64,000 nucleotides of DNA from Escherichia phage vB_EcoM_NBG1, in the sequence record MH243438.1; one strand, given 5' to 3'. Every line of letters begins with the position of its first letter. Position 1 is the stretch's first letter. Positions 42,278 through 53,088 of this stretch are shown here, one piece after another. Made by a program: the position numbers and the translations under genes. The notes beneath the pieces are model-generated. The model was given only the letters and a program-made list of their open reading frames with translations. It ran no database searches and had not been told where the DNA came from.

Positions 42278-42558
42278 TTTTCCTCTTTTAAACTACTACG
42301 ATAATAACATAACATAGTCTTCTGGTCATGTACATATCTTTTTACGTCGTTTAACCAGATACGAAATTCTTGAGAGTCTTCAAATGGCATTCCAACCCAC
42401 GGATTACCATCAATAACCTTTACTTGCCATTTCTGGTTATATTCAACAATAGATTCAGGCCATGGCGGATGTAAAGTTTCTTTAGGGCTTAAGAGCACAT
42501 CCTGGGCACATCCAGCCAAAATGCCAATAGATAATACAACTGCGGTTAATTTAATCAT
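42268..42558 (-). CDS. o-spanin (outer-membrane lipoprotein; pseT.2 position)
   Basis: N-terminal signal with lipobox LAGC; 96 aa; directly downstream of the i-spanin candidate. Confidence 0.65.
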   Translation of the reverse strand: MIKLTAVVLSIGILAGCAQDVLLSPKETLHPPWPESIVEYNQKWQVKVIDGNPWVGMPFEDSQEFRIWLNDVKRYVHDQKTMLCYYRSSLKEEKCQ

Positions 42559-42911
42559 TCTGAGAGCTTCCTGAGGTCTTCTGCAAAGGAATCGAAGGAC
42601 CTGTTGATTTGTTTTTCGACCAATCCTGGCTTACTTGCCACCACGTTCTTCTTCTTCGAATCCTTACGGAGCTTTTCATTTTCGGCCTTAAGTTGGTCAA
42701 CTAAAACACGGTTCTTATAAGTCATTTCTTCGATTGACTGATATTGAACCTTGAAGTCGTCTAATACTTTAGCATTGTTTTTAGCAGCCTCTTTGACAGA
42801 AGCTAATTCAGTATTCAACGAATCAACTTTGTTGTTTAAGACAACTATTGTTACCGTAGAAACTAGAGCAAAAGCTGCTACTATAGCATAAATCGGATTT
42901 ACTTTAAGCAT
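42555..42911 (-). CDS. i-spanin (pseT.3 position)
   Basis: 118 aa; N-terminal transmembrane segment followed by a charged coiled-coil-like region. Confidence 0.65.
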   Translation of the reverse strand: MLKVNPIYAIVAAFALVSTVTIVVLNNKVDSLNTELASVKEAAKNNAKVLDDFKVQYQSIEEMTYKNRVLVDQLKAENEKLRKDSKKKNVVASKPGLVEKQINRSFDSFAEDLRKLSE

Positions 42912-43399
42912 GTTTTAATAATCTCAATGATTTCATCTCGGGATAATCCATTGATAAGAACTGTTTTAGGCCCGTCAGTTTGGATTTTGTATGATTCAAA
43001 CAATACACACAACTCTTCTGCTGTATGATATGGGCTTGAGATTCCGAGACGGTTGAATTTGTCGGTAAGAGGGTCGCAAATAATATAGAATTTGATACCT
43101 GCGATATGTACGTTTGGTTGACTAATATTAATGAACACATTAGCGTCATATTTAGTCAAATTGTTTTGAAGAAATTCTACCATAGCATTAACTGCTTCTG
43201 GCATCGCTTCGCGTTTCTCTTCAGCGTATCGGGTTGAATACTCTTTTTGTTTTACTTTCTTTTTAAGATTTTTGGCCAGTGTAACACGTAGGTCAGTAAG
43301 ATAACCAACTGGACGTCCTTTCTTAAAGACTCGGATTCCGTCAGTTGTGTCTCCAAAAGCGGTTACGACCATATCGTTAGTAATCAATTGCATATTCAT
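42899..43399 (-). CDS. alc: Alc candidate (positional assignment)
   Basis: 166 aa from ATG at 43399 with GAGGAG RBS (track ORF extends to 43462 through the promoter); between spanins and rnlA as alc is in T4. Confidence 0.5.
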   Translation of the reverse strand: MNMQLITNDMVVTAFGDTTDGIRVFKKGRPVGYLTDLRVTLAKNLKKKVKQKEYSTRYAEEKREAMPEAVNAMVEFLQNNLTKYDANVFINISQPNVHIAGIKFYIICDPLTDKFNRLGISSPYHTAEELCVLFESYKIQTDGPKTVLINGLSRDEIIEIIKTCLK

Positions 43400-43424
43400 A
43401 ATTTTCTCCTCGTGTTGTTGATAA

Positions 43425-43461
43425 AAGCCATAGTAACACCTTCCTTGGTGTTTGTAAACCA
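43425..43461 (-). promoter_or_regulatory. early promoter (GTTTAC, spacer, GGTGTTACTATGGC)
   Basis: Read on minus strand upstream of the alc candidate. Confidence 0.55.
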
Positions 43462-44595
<1,134 letters not shown>

Positions 44596-44610
44596 TCAGT
44601 TAGTTTTTTT

Positions 44611-44644
44611 AAATTGTACCACAATCCTTGTGGTATGTAAACTA
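44611..44644 (-). promoter_or_regulatory. early promoter (GTTTAC, spacer, TGTGGTACAAT)
   Basis: Read on minus strand upstream of rnlA. Confidence 0.55.
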
Positions 44645-45052
44645 CTTTTTCTTATGTTGGATATTCCAAGGCGGGTTGAACTTTTTGATAAAAAGTGGTT
44701 CTTCAAGGTCCATTGTTGCGATGGTCATTGAACCAAGTTCGTTGGTGACTGAAAGGTCAAAACATTGGCGGGCCCAGAATTCAACCTTTTTACCTTGCAT
44801 TAAGGCATCCAAAATCATAAGTGATTTTCTTGAATCTGAAGTCTGGTCTTTTCGATTTATGGCTGTTCGATAATAGTTAATGCGTTTCTTTAAATTCTTG
44901 GTTTTACCAATATACACAAGTTCGTCATCTATAGCAATAGCATATATGACATTTTTCTTATTAGGGACATCAACTGTTTTAATTGTTGCATCTTCTAATA
45001 GCTCCAATTCTGTATATTTAATAAAGGAATATTCGGCGGCGATATCTTTCAT
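44642..45052 (-). CDS. denA: endonuclease II (DenA)
   Basis: 136 aa (same as T4); GIY-YIG-like VYIGKTKNLKKRI motif. Confidence 0.85.
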   Translation of the reverse strand: MKDIAAEYSFIKYTELELLEDATIKTVDVPNKKNVIYAIAIDDELVYIGKTKNLKKRINYYRTAINRKDQTSDSRKSLMILDALMQGKKVEFWARQCFDLSVTNELGSMTIATMDLEEPLFIKKFNPPWNIQHKKK

Positions 45053-45060
45053 AATAAAGT

Positions 45061-45074
45061 GGGACCGAAGTCCC
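45061..45074 (-). other. UUCG hairpin (GGGAC-UUCG-GUCCC) between nrdB and denA
   Basis: Inverted repeat read directly; short U-rich stretch follows. Confidence 0.45.
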
Positions 45075-45078
45075 GTCC

Positions 45079-46257
45079 TTAGAAATATTTTTTGTATGAA
45101 TTGATTACATTTTGGTCTACATCATTATCAATTTGTGCGACAAGATAAGAACTGATTTCAACTTCTTGTGGGGCTGCTTGAACCAAATCAGAGTTCAAAT
45201 ACTCACGAATCCATGGAATAGGATGACGAGTTGATACGTCTTTAAGAGGACATGGCAGACCACAACTACGCATACGAGACACGGTAAGATAATCCACAAA
45301 TTCACTTAGGATTTTAACATTTAGACCTGGAAGAGCACCATCTTTAAACAAGTGTTCAGCCCATTCTTTTTCTTGAGCGTTAACTTCCATGAAAATATCA
45401 ACTGCTTCTTGTTCACACTCTTGAGCAATTTTGACCCATTCATCACCGTCTTCGCCATCTTGTAAAGCATGAATAATATATTGAGTGCCCTTGAGGTGGA
45501 GCTGTTCATCACGAGCAATGAACTTCATAATCTTGGCATTACCTTCCATGATTTCCATATTCTTGTGGAAGTTAAAGGTGCATGCGAAAGATACATAAAA
45601 ACGAATAGCTTCTAAGGCATTAATAACGTGCAAACAGAGGTAAAGAGATTTCATTAGCTCACGCTTCCAATATGTCTCATGCTCAATAGCATCTTCAATA
45701 ACGTCTTCGTCTGCATTAATTTCTTTTTGGTATTCGATATCAGCTTTAGCGTTTTCCCAATAACGAGTTTTAATCAGAACATCATCATAATAACGTCCAA
45801 TGGATTCAGCACGTTTCATAATAGCTTCATCTAATACAATCTCATCAAACACCTTCGATGGATCTGTATAAAGATTTCGCATAATATGAGTATATGAACG
45901 AGAGTGAATAGTTTCACTGAAAGTCCATGTAGCAACCCATGTATCTAATGAAGGGTCTGAAAGCAATGACATAAGTACCGCAGATGGTGCTCTACCTTGG
46001 ATAGAATCTAATAATGATTGATACTTAAGGTTGTTGGTAAAGATGTCCTGTTGGAACTGTGGAAGCTTATTAAACTGGGCCGAATCCAACATCAAGTTTA
46101 CTTCCTCGGGACGCCAAAAGAACGAGAGCTGCTTTTCGATAAGCTCTTCAAAAACTTTATGACGCTGAATATCATACCGTGCGAGGCCAAGACCAGAACC
46201 AAAGAACATCGGTTCATTCAAAACATCGACTTGTTGTGTGTTAAAAACTGTACTCAT
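45079..46257 (-). CDS. nrdB: ribonucleotide reductase small subunit NrdB, uninterrupted
   Basis: ATG at 46257 (MSTVFNT... as in T4; track start is an upstream GTG); continuous ORF with no intron. Confidence 0.9.
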   Translation of the reverse strand: MSTVFNTQQVDVLNEPMFFGSGLGLARYDIQRHKVFEELIEKQLSFFWRPEEVNLMLDSAQFNKLPQFQQDIFTNNLKYQSLLDSIQGRAPSAVLMSLLSDPSLDTWVATWTFSETIHSRSYTHIMRNLYTDPSKVFDEIVLDEAIMKRAESIGRYYDDVLIKTRYWENAKADIEYQKEINADEDVIEDAIEHETYWKRELMKSLYLCLHVINALEAIRFYVSFACTFNFHKNMEIMEGNAKIMKFIARDEQLHLKGTQYIIHALQDGEDGDEWVKIAQECEQEAVDIFMEVNAQEKEWAEHLFKDGALPGLNVKILSEFVDYLTVSRMRSCGLPCPLKDVSTRHPIPWIREYLNSDLVQAAPQEVEISSYLVAQIDNDVDQNVINSYKKYF

Positions 46258-46311
46258 TATATTTCTCACTTAGTTATTAACTCATCCATGAGTAAATTAT
46301 AATAAAAAGTC

Positions 46312-48567
46312 TTAAAGCTTACAAGCAGAACAATCTTCTGCTTTAGGTGTTTCTAATTCATAGTCGTCTGTACCAGACCCATCACGAGTGTTATGATAGT
46401 AGAGGTTTTTTCCGCCAAAGTACCAGAAGTAAAGCAGATCATCAAGCATCACTGACATTGGCACTTTACCTTTCTCAAATACTGCAGGGTCATAGTAAGT
46501 ATTGGCAGAAGCAGATTGGCACACCCATTTCAACATGATAGCAACTTGGGTCAAATAAGGTTTATTACCTTTCTTAGCAAGTTTCCACGCATAGTCGTAA
46601 AGACTCATGTTATGTTCGATATTAGGAACAACCTGTCGGAAGTTGCCTTCTTTAGATTCTTTAATACTTACTGGACCGCGCGGAGGCTCAATCCCGTTTG
46701 TAGAGTTCGATACTTGACTGCTTGACTCACAAGGCATGAGTGCAGACAACGTTGAGTTACGAATTCCATGTTCTTTGAGTTCAGCTCGAAGTTCTTCCCA
46801 GTCACAGACGTAGTTCGGGGCTGCGATTTGGTCAATCTTTTTATTGTACCAGTCGATAGGTAATTCGCCTCTAGACCATTTAGTGTCTGAATAATACTCA
46901 CAAGGTCCTTTTTCTTTGGCGAGTTTGATTGAAGCTTTGATAAGGCCATATTGCAATCTCTCAAACAATTCATGAGTCAAATCGTTAGCGTCTTCATATG
47001 AAGCAAAGTTAGAAGCTAACCATGCAGCATAGTTCGTAACACCAACACCAAGATTACGACGCTTTTTAGCTTTTAAAGCTTCTGGGACCGGATAATCCTG
47101 ATAGTCTAACAGGTTATCAAGTGCACGTACTTGTACTTCAGCAAGTTCATTAATTTTATCTTGGTCTTGCCAATCAAATTTATCTAATACAAAAGCAGAT
47201 AATGTGCATAAACCAATTTCAGCATCAGGACCGTTCACATCATTAGTTGGAATAGCTATTTCACAACATAAGTTACTCTGACGAATTGGAGCTTTTTCAC
47301 GAATAAATGGAGTGTAGTTATTCGTGTTATCAACAAACTGTGGATAAATTCGAGCAGTGCCAGAACGTTCAGTCATGAACAATTCAAAGAGTTCTAGTGC
47401 TTTGATTCTTTTCTTTCTGATTGTTGGGTCTTTTTCAGCTTTCTCATAAAGCTCACGGAATTTATCTTGATCTTCAAAGAACGAGTAATACAGTTCGCCT
47501 GACATTTCGTGAGGGCTAAATAAAGTAATATAATCATTTTTACCAAGGCGTTCCATCATAAGGTCATTAATCTGAATTCCGTAGTCCATATGTCGAATAC
47601 GGTTTTCATCCACGCCTTTGTTATTTTTCAGAACTAATAGGTTCTCTACTTCTAAGTGCCACATCGGATAATACGCTGTAGCAGCACCACCACGAATACC
47701 ACCTTGAGAACAAGATTTTACTGCAGTTTGGAAATGTTTCCAGAATGGAATAACGCCCGTATGTCGAACTTCACCCATACCGATCTTAGAACCTTCTGCA
47801 CGAAGCATACCAACGTTGATACCAATACCAGCTCGTTTAGAAATATATTCAATAATTGATGCTGAAGTTTTGTTAATAGATTTTAACGAATCACCGGCTT
47901 CAATAACTACACAACTAGAGAACTGGCGAGTTGGAGTACGAGCACCTGCCATAATTGGAGTAGGCAATGAAACTTGATGAGTAGAAACGGCATCGTAAAA
48001 ACGAATAATATGTTTCAAACGGTCATGAGTTTCGTCTTGGTGTAAGGCCATGCCAATAGCCATGATAGCAAACTGTGGAGTTTCATAAATCTTCCCAGTT
48101 GTTTTATCTTTAACTAGATATTTTTCTTTAAGCTGCATAGCACCAGCATAAGTCAGGTCAAAGTCTCGTTCATGTTTAATCTGTGAATCGAGATAAATGA
48201 TTTCTTCTGCTGAATATTGAGACAACAGCTCAGGGTCATATTTGCCTTCATTAACACAGTAAGAAATATGGTCGATAAAAGCAGGCGGTTCAAACTGCCC
48301 ATATACATCTTTACGAAGTGCAAACATTAGCCCTTTGGCGGCGACATATTGATAATCAGGTTCTTCGACAGAAATCGAGTTAGCTGCAACTTTAATACAA
48401 ATCTTCTGGATATCTTTGGTGCTCATCCCGTCGACAAGATGGGTCTTAATTTCTTCGTACAATTCATATGGGTCAATTTGTGTTCCTTCACATTGCCAAG
48501 TTAAGACTTGAATAATTTTCTGTGCATCAAAATTTTGGGATACACCACTGCTCTTAGTTACTTGCAT
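46312..48567 (-). CDS. nrdA: ribonucleotide reductase large subunit NrdA
   Basis: 751 aa; high identity to remembered T4 NrdA; C-terminal CxxC. Confidence 0.9.
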   Translation of the reverse strand: MQVTKSSGVSQNFDAQKIIQVLTWQCEGTQIDPYELYEEIKTHLVDGMSTKDIQKICIKVAANSISVEEPDYQYVAAKGLMFALRKDVYGQFEPPAFIDHISYCVNEGKYDPELLSQYSAEEIIYLDSQIKHERDFDLTYAGAMQLKEKYLVKDKTTGKIYETPQFAIMAIGMALHQDETHDRLKHIIRFYDAVSTHQVSLPTPIMAGARTPTRQFSSCVVIEAGDSLKSINKTSASIIEYISKRAGIGINVGMLRAEGSKIGMGEVRHTGVIPFWKHFQTAVKSCSQGGIRGGAATAYYPMWHLEVENLLVLKNNKGVDENRIRHMDYGIQINDLMMERLGKNDYITLFSPHEMSGELYYSFFEDQDKFRELYEKAEKDPTIRKKRIKALELFELFMTERSGTARIYPQFVDNTNNYTPFIREKAPIRQSNLCCEIAIPTNDVNGPDAEIGLCTLSAFVLDKFDWQDQDKINELAEVQVRALDNLLDYQDYPVPEALKAKKRRNLGVGVTNYAAWLASNFASYEDANDLTHELFERLQYGLIKASIKLAKEKGPCEYYSDTKWSRGELPIDWYNKKIDQIAAPNYVCDWEELRAELKEHGIRNSTLSALMPCESSSQVSNSTNGIEPPRGPVSIKESKEGNFRQVVPNIEHNMSLYDYAWKLAKKGNKPYLTQVAIMLKWVCQSASANTYYDPAVFEKGKVPMSVMLDDLLYFWYFGGKNLYYHNTRDGSGTDDYELETPKAEDCSACKL

Positions 48568-48654
48568 ATATTCCTCAGTATAGGTTGATAGACATTACTC
48601 CAAACGGGATAGTATTTATCCCGTTAATTTATTATACACTTTTAAACTGAAGCG

Positions 48655-48909
48655 TTAATTATCCTCAGCAATAATTTCTTCATATTCTTTAGGTGTCAAG
48701 ACTGTGATATTGAAATAAACCAACGGTTCTTTTTCTATACCGAATCCACCACAGAATTCACGATATTCATAAATTCGTTCGTGTGAATAGCAAATGAATC
48801 GTTCACCTTTAACTGTGATTTCACTATTCGGTGAAGGGATATCCAGTTCGGTAGGATTTTTCATTTCAAAAATTGTGGTGCCATATGAATTAATAAAACG
48901 TAAAATCAT
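48655..48909 (-). CDS. hypothetical protein (84 aa) between td and nrdA
   Basis: ATG start; stop-start abutment with td. Confidence 0.5.
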   Translation of the reverse strand: MILRFINSYGTTIFEMKNPTELDIPSPNSEITVKGERFICYSHERIYEYREFCGGFGIEKEPLVYFNITVLTPKEYEEIIAEDN

Positions 48910-48910
48910 T

Positions 48911-49771
48911 TTATACCGCCATTTTAGCTTTGATAGCTGGATGTGATTCGTAATTTTTAAGAACGAAATCAGAATGTGTCATTGTTCCAGTAACCCAGTC
49001 CATTTGGATTTTTGTAGGCCAATTCTCAAAATTACTAGGCCAATTAATTTCAAGAGAACATAACTCTTTAGGTTCACGTCGAAGAACTTCTTTGCATTGT
49101 TCTACATGATTGCTGTAGATATGCGTATTGCCGCCTGAGAACACTAAATCACCTGGGATAAGGTTACACATCTTAGCCACAATATATGTCAAGGCAGCGT
49201 ACGAGGCAATGTTGAACGGCAGGCCCAAGAAAACATCTACACTGCGTTGATACCATTGTAAATCAAGATGACCATTACGCACATTGAACTGATAGAACAT
49301 ATGACAAGGAGGAAGAGCCATTTGGTCAATTTCAGCTGGATTCCAGGCAGAAACAATTTGACGACGATCGGTTGGTATTTTTTTAATACGGTCGATTGTT
49401 TCAACTAATTGGTCTACACCACCAAAATCACGCCATTGCTTACCATAAATAGGACCAAGTTCACCACTATGATATCCAAGGTCTTTTGCCTGATTTTCAT
49501 AGTTGTCGTCCCAAATAGTTTTACCTTGAATAAGACTACCATGAGTACGAATACGCAAATCATTAACATTGGTAGAACCAGACATGAACCACAGTAGTTC
49601 GGCAATACAAGCTTTCCATGCTAATTTCTTAGTTGTTACTGCAGGGAATCCTTTAGACAGATCCCAACGTAATTTAGTTCCGAACACGGCAATTGTTCCT
49701 GTGCCTGTACGGTCGTCTGTTTCATAACCATTTTCTAGGATATCATTAATCAGGTATTGGTATTGTTTCAT
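48911..49771 (-). CDS. td: thymidylate synthase, uninterrupted
   Basis: 286 aa continuous ORF; N-terminus MKQYQ...; no group I intron. Confidence 0.9.
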   Translation of the reverse strand: MKQYQYLINDILENGYETDDRTGTGTIAVFGTKLRWDLSKGFPAVTTKKLAWKACIAELLWFMSGSTNVNDLRIRTHGSLIQGKTIWDDNYENQAKDLGYHSGELGPIYGKQWRDFGGVDQLVETIDRIKKIPTDRRQIVSAWNPAEIDQMALPPCHMFYQFNVRNGHLDLQWYQRSVDVFLGLPFNIASYAALTYIVAKMCNLIPGDLVFSGGNTHIYSNHVEQCKEVLRREPKELCSLEINWPSNFENWPTKIQMDWVTGTMTHSDFVLKNYESHPAIKAKMAV

Positions 49772-50355
49772 TTATATACGCTCTCAGTAATTTCGGTGAG
49801 TTCATCGATTCTGTAGTAATGAGATTCTACCATAGAACGTTGAAGCATAATATCCTGGACGAAATCTTTATCAAGTTGAACATCTGAATTAACACGACAT
49901 TTCTTAATGATTTTAGTCATCACGATTTCATCGGCATAAGGCAGTGCTTGTTTTAATAAAGCGGGGCCACCAATAACAGATACATCAACATGTTCAGTAG
50001 AAAGTTTAAACGGTACATCAGTTGCAGGGCTAAACAGGTTAATTTCACCGCCCATTAGCAAGGTAATAAATTCAGATTGGGTGATATAGAACCGTGCAAG
50101 TTCATCAGTTTTAGTCCTAGGCAGTTTTCTGGCCATATCAGTGACAACCACATGAGTACGATCTGGGAGTAGACGAGGTAATGATGCAAAAGTCTTAGCA
50201 CCCATAACCATTACAGTGTTTTTAGTGCGAGCAACAAAGTTACTCATATCTTGTTTGATATGCTTCCATGGAAGTCCATCACCTAATCCAAAAGCATATT
50301 CCAGTTTATCATCAACTGTTTTAGACGGTGCGCATGCGAATACTAATTTAAGCAT
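49768..50355 (-). CDS. frd: dihydrofolate reductase
   Basis: 195 aa from ATG at 50355 (MLKLVF...; track start is TTG at 50439); ATGA overlap with td. Confidence 0.85.
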   Translation of the reverse strand: MLKLVFACAPSKTVDDKLEYAFGLGDGLPWKHIKQDMSNFVARTKNTVMVMGAKTFASLPRLLPDRTHVVVTDMARKLPRTKTDELARFYITQSEFITLLMGGEINLFSPATDVPFKLSTEHVDVSVIGGPALLKQALPYADEIVMTKIIKKCRVNSDVQLDKDFVQDIMLQRSMVESHYYRIDELTEITESVYK

Positions 50356-50596
50356 TTTTAAGTCCTTTAATAACTTTTTGGATTTGTGATTTAGAAGAAA
50401 CCAAATCAGTCTGGATTTGACAACCATCGGTAGAGTCAAATACTATAACACAAACGCGAGGTTTTGTTGTGTATCGCCCAGACAAATCAAATGCGTCACC
50501 AATGAATTCGGCCAAATCCGGATGGTCTAAATTAACTGAAGTATAAACTTCATATCCGACATCAGCGCCTTGAGAGTATTCAACAACAACATTCAT
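50348..50596 (-). CDS. hypothetical protein (frd.1 position)
   Basis: 82 aa, ATG start. Confidence 0.5.
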   Translation of the reverse strand: MNVVVEYSQGADVGYEVYTSVNLDHPDLAEFIGDAFDLSGRYTTKPRVCVIVFDSTDGCQIQTDLVSSKSQIQKVIKGLKNA

Positions 50597-50598
50597 AA

Positions 50599-50847
50599 TT
50601 ATTTCCTCAGATTTTTCTTAACAACTTTCCAATCGGCTTTGAACGATTCAACATCAGAGTGGTGAATCCAGAATCCTGCACTTTCACCATCTTCGTAGAG
50701 TGGACATCCATCACATTCTTCGTTCCAACCCATTTCACGTAAAGCTTCTTCAGCTTGTTCAAGGAGTTCAGCGTCTTTACCAACGATGTTGAAGTACCAT
50801 TTACCTCTAACTTCAGAATCTTTGATGCTCTGGCGTTGTAATCTCAT
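50599..50847 (-). CDS. hypothetical protein (frd.2 position)
   Basis: 82 aa, ATG start, early promoter upstream. Confidence 0.5.
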   Translation of the reverse strand: MRLQRQSIKDSEVRGKWYFNIVGKDAELLEQAEEALREMGWNEECDGCPLYEDGESAGFWIHHSDVESFKADWKVVKKNLRK

Positions 50848-50878
50848 TTTATTCTCCGCTTCACCTTTAATTTGATAG

Positions 50879-50914
50879 GGCTACTATAACATAACCCTAT
50901 CTGATTGTACACTA
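50879..50914 (-). promoter_or_regulatory. early promoter (GTGTAC variant -35, spacer, GGTTATGTTATAGTAG)
   Basis: Read on minus strand. Confidence 0.45.
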
Positions 50915-51304
50915 CTTTTTAAAAGTGTTTTGCAAAAGTTTGATGATTTCGTCGACGTTGGTTTCATCTACGATACAATGGATTTTTGTTACACCTAAAG
51001 TTACACCTTCGTTAGTAGGTTGAGGCTTTACTAAATCTACCTCGGTAAAGTATTTGAACTCGTCAGGATAAATCTCAAAATAAGTTTCAATTTCACCACC
51101 GGCAGAACATACAGTACCATCTTCCATAGTTACACTTACTACGTTTGACATATCGCTATCATAATCAGGTTCCATTCCGTTTACAACAAAACTAGGCCCG
51201 TGGAGTTCAATCAATTTTAACATCTTAGCGTTATTGTGTGGTGCTTCTTGAACAAAGTCATCTTTAAATAAAGGGTTAATGATATAAGATTTTCCGATTT
51301 CCAT
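50912..51304 (-). CDS. hypothetical protein (frd.3 position)
   Basis: 130 aa, ATG start, early promoter upstream. Confidence 0.5.
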   Translation of the reverse strand: MEIGKSYIINPLFKDDFVQEAPHNNAKMLKLIELHGPSFVVNGMEPDYDSDMSNVVSVTMEDGTVCSAGGEIETYFEIYPDEFKYFTEVDLVKPQPTNEGVTLGVTKIHCIVDETNVDEIIKLLQNTFKK

Positions 51305-51328
51305 TTTGATTTCCTCATGTTGTTGATA

Positions 51329-51364
51329 GGTCTATACTAACACATCCAGGGAAGAAGTAAACAA
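51329..51364 (-). promoter_or_regulatory. early promoter (GTTTAC, spacer, TGTGTTAGTATAGA)
   Basis: Read on minus strand. Confidence 0.55.
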
Positions 51365-51386
51365 CTTTTTCGGCAATTTACAGATA

Positions 51387-51411
51387 CTCAAAAGGGAGAC
51401 CGAAGTCTCCC
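51387..51411 (-). terminator. gene 32 terminator GGGAGAC-UUCG-GUCUCCC plus UUUUG
   Basis: Same 18-nt hairpin as after gene 23, 6 nt after the gene 32 stop. Confidence 0.7.
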
Positions 51412-51417
51412 AATTTA

Positions 51418-52317
51418 TTATAGACCAGCTAACAGGTCATCGAGGTCGCTATCGTCAGAAGACGAGGAACTCATGAAGTCATCTTCAGTTTTTGCAGAAC
51501 TAAAGGCTTCCATGTCTTTATCAAAATCGTCAAGGTCAGAAGCAACTTTATCTGCAACAGAAGCTGCGGCAGCTGCTGCACCACCAAGAGCGGCAGTACC
51601 AAGAACTTGATTAAATTTAGTATTCAATTCTTCAAACGATTTGAACTTATCTTTAGAAGTCATTTCAGAAAGGTCAACCATTTGTTCGAACAATTCTTTC
51701 TGGAAAGATTCATCATCAATGTTTGGAATCGCAGATTGATTCAGGAATTTAGATTCGTCGTAGTTACTGAAACCAGAAACCTGTTTAACTTTCAGCACAA
51801 AGTTAGCACCTTCCCACGGGCAAGTTACATCAACCGGAGTTTCACCCATTTCGGTATCAACTGCAATCATTGCATTGATTTTGTCCCAAATCTTTTTACC
51901 AAAACGGTATTTGAATACTTTACCTTCATTATCTGGAGCTTGTGGGTCTTTAACAACCAGGATATTAGCCCAATAAGAAGTTTTACGTTTCAGTTGAGAA
52001 TATTCTGTTTTGTTTGTATTGTACAGGTCATTTTTACTAATGTACTGGCATACCGGACAAGAGTCATAATCGCCGTGTGTAGATGAACAGGTTTCAATAT
52101 ACCATTTGCCATTTTTCTTGAAACCGTGGTTAACAAGAATTGTAAACGGAAGTGCGTCATCTGTTTTTGCCGGCAGGAAACGAATTACCGCTTGACCATT
52201 ACCGGATGCATCGAGTTTCAGCTTCCATTCACCTTTATCTTCTGAAGAGAAACCTTTGTTACCATTCAGTTTAGCCATCTGAGCTGCGAGGTCTGCGGTA
52301 CTTTTACGTTTAAACAT
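51418..52317 (-). CDS. 32: single-stranded DNA-binding protein gp32
   Basis: 299 aa; N-terminus [19 protein letters not shown] as in T4 gp32; acidic C-terminus. Confidence 0.95.
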   Translation of the reverse strand: MFKRKSTADLAAQMAKLNGNKGFSSEDKGEWKLKLDASGNGQAVIRFLPAKTDDALPFTILVNHGFKKNGKWYIETCSSTHGDYDSCPVCQYISKNDLYNTNKTEYSQLKRKTSYWANILVVKDPQAPDNEGKVFKYRFGKKIWDKINAMIAVDTEMGETPVDVTCPWEGANFVLKVKQVSGFSNYDESKFLNQSAIPNIDDESFQKELFEQMVDLSEMTSKDKFKSFEELNTKFNQVLGTAALGGAAAAAASVADKVASDLDDFDKDMEAFSSAKTEDDFMSSSSSDDSDLDDLLAGL

Positions 52318-52405
52318 TTTATTTGCCTTTATTTAGATTATTAATTAAATTTTACAGTTGGTTGCTACGACACTTATACCTCGTAGCTGGTATGATTTAT
52401 TTATA
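52318..52405 (-). promoter_or_regulatory. gene 32 leader: late promoter TATAAATA (52398-52405), stem/pseudoknot-like element (GCUACGA...UCGUAGC), and A/U-rich operator
   Basis: Inverted repeat 52363-52369 / 52381-52387 followed by an A/U-rich unstructured tract before the ATG. Confidence 0.55.
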
Positions 52406-52434
52406 AAGTAATTTTAACACACAAGAAATAAAGC

Positions 52435-53088
52435 TTAATACTTACATGATTTGATTGTTTCTATGAACAATTTCTTAGCAGCATTTCCATCGATTTGAAG
52501 TATTTTTCGATATGCCTTTAATTTGGTAGAATAATTTTGCCAGACTAAGTTATCGGTGAGTTCGTCGTGCTTATCTATAATATTCAAAAATGAGTCCAAC
52601 AATAAGAAAGTCTCAAATGAAATTATATTGCTTTGTAGCAATTTGAATATGTAGCTCGACTGAACGTTGTTATTATAATCAAATATCTCTTGAAGCGCAC
52701 TAACTTCAACTTTCTTACTGAAATAGTAGATGTTACGTACGTCTTCAGCAAACGTCTCCTTGGCTTGTTTGAGACGTCCAATATATTCCCTATAGAAAAC
52801 TAATGCATCAGCGTCTGATATCTCACCAATCCATGCGTCTTGGTTAGCAACTAAGTTGCTTATGAATATCAAGGTGAGTTCCTTCAATTTATATTTCTCT
52901 GCTAGTTTTTCAAAGAAATATTTATCTCGGCGTTTTTGATACGCATTATCCGAAACACGCATGCACCAGTTATATTTGATTACGTCATACCGACCATTAA
53001 AATGTTGTTTGCACATCAAGTATAGTTTGTATACCGATTTTCCGTTAATATAACGTTCTCCATCAGGAGGCATGCGTATTTTAATCAT
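52435..53088 (-). CDS. 59: helicase loader gp59
   Basis: 217 aa (same as T4 gp59). Confidence 0.85.
   Translation of the reverse strand: MIKIRMPPDGERYINGKSVYKLYLMCKQHFNGRYDVIKYNWCMRVSDNAYQKRRDKYFFEKLAEKYKLKELTLIFISNLVANQDAWIGEISDADALVFYREYIGRLKQAKETFAEDVRNIYYFSKKVEVSALQEIFDYNNNVQSSYIFKLLQSNIISFETFLLLDSFLNIIDKHDELTDNLVWQNYSTKLKAYRKILQIDGNAAKKLFIETIKSCKY

Noticed and set aside
48911-49771. Expected group I intron and I-TevI ORF in td (and I-TevIII in nrdB)
   Set aside because: Both genes are continuous reading frames of the expected full length; no intron present.
51607-52086. 159-aa plus-strand ORF inside gene 32
   Set aside because: Antisense to gp32, hydrophobic low-complexity translation; spurious.
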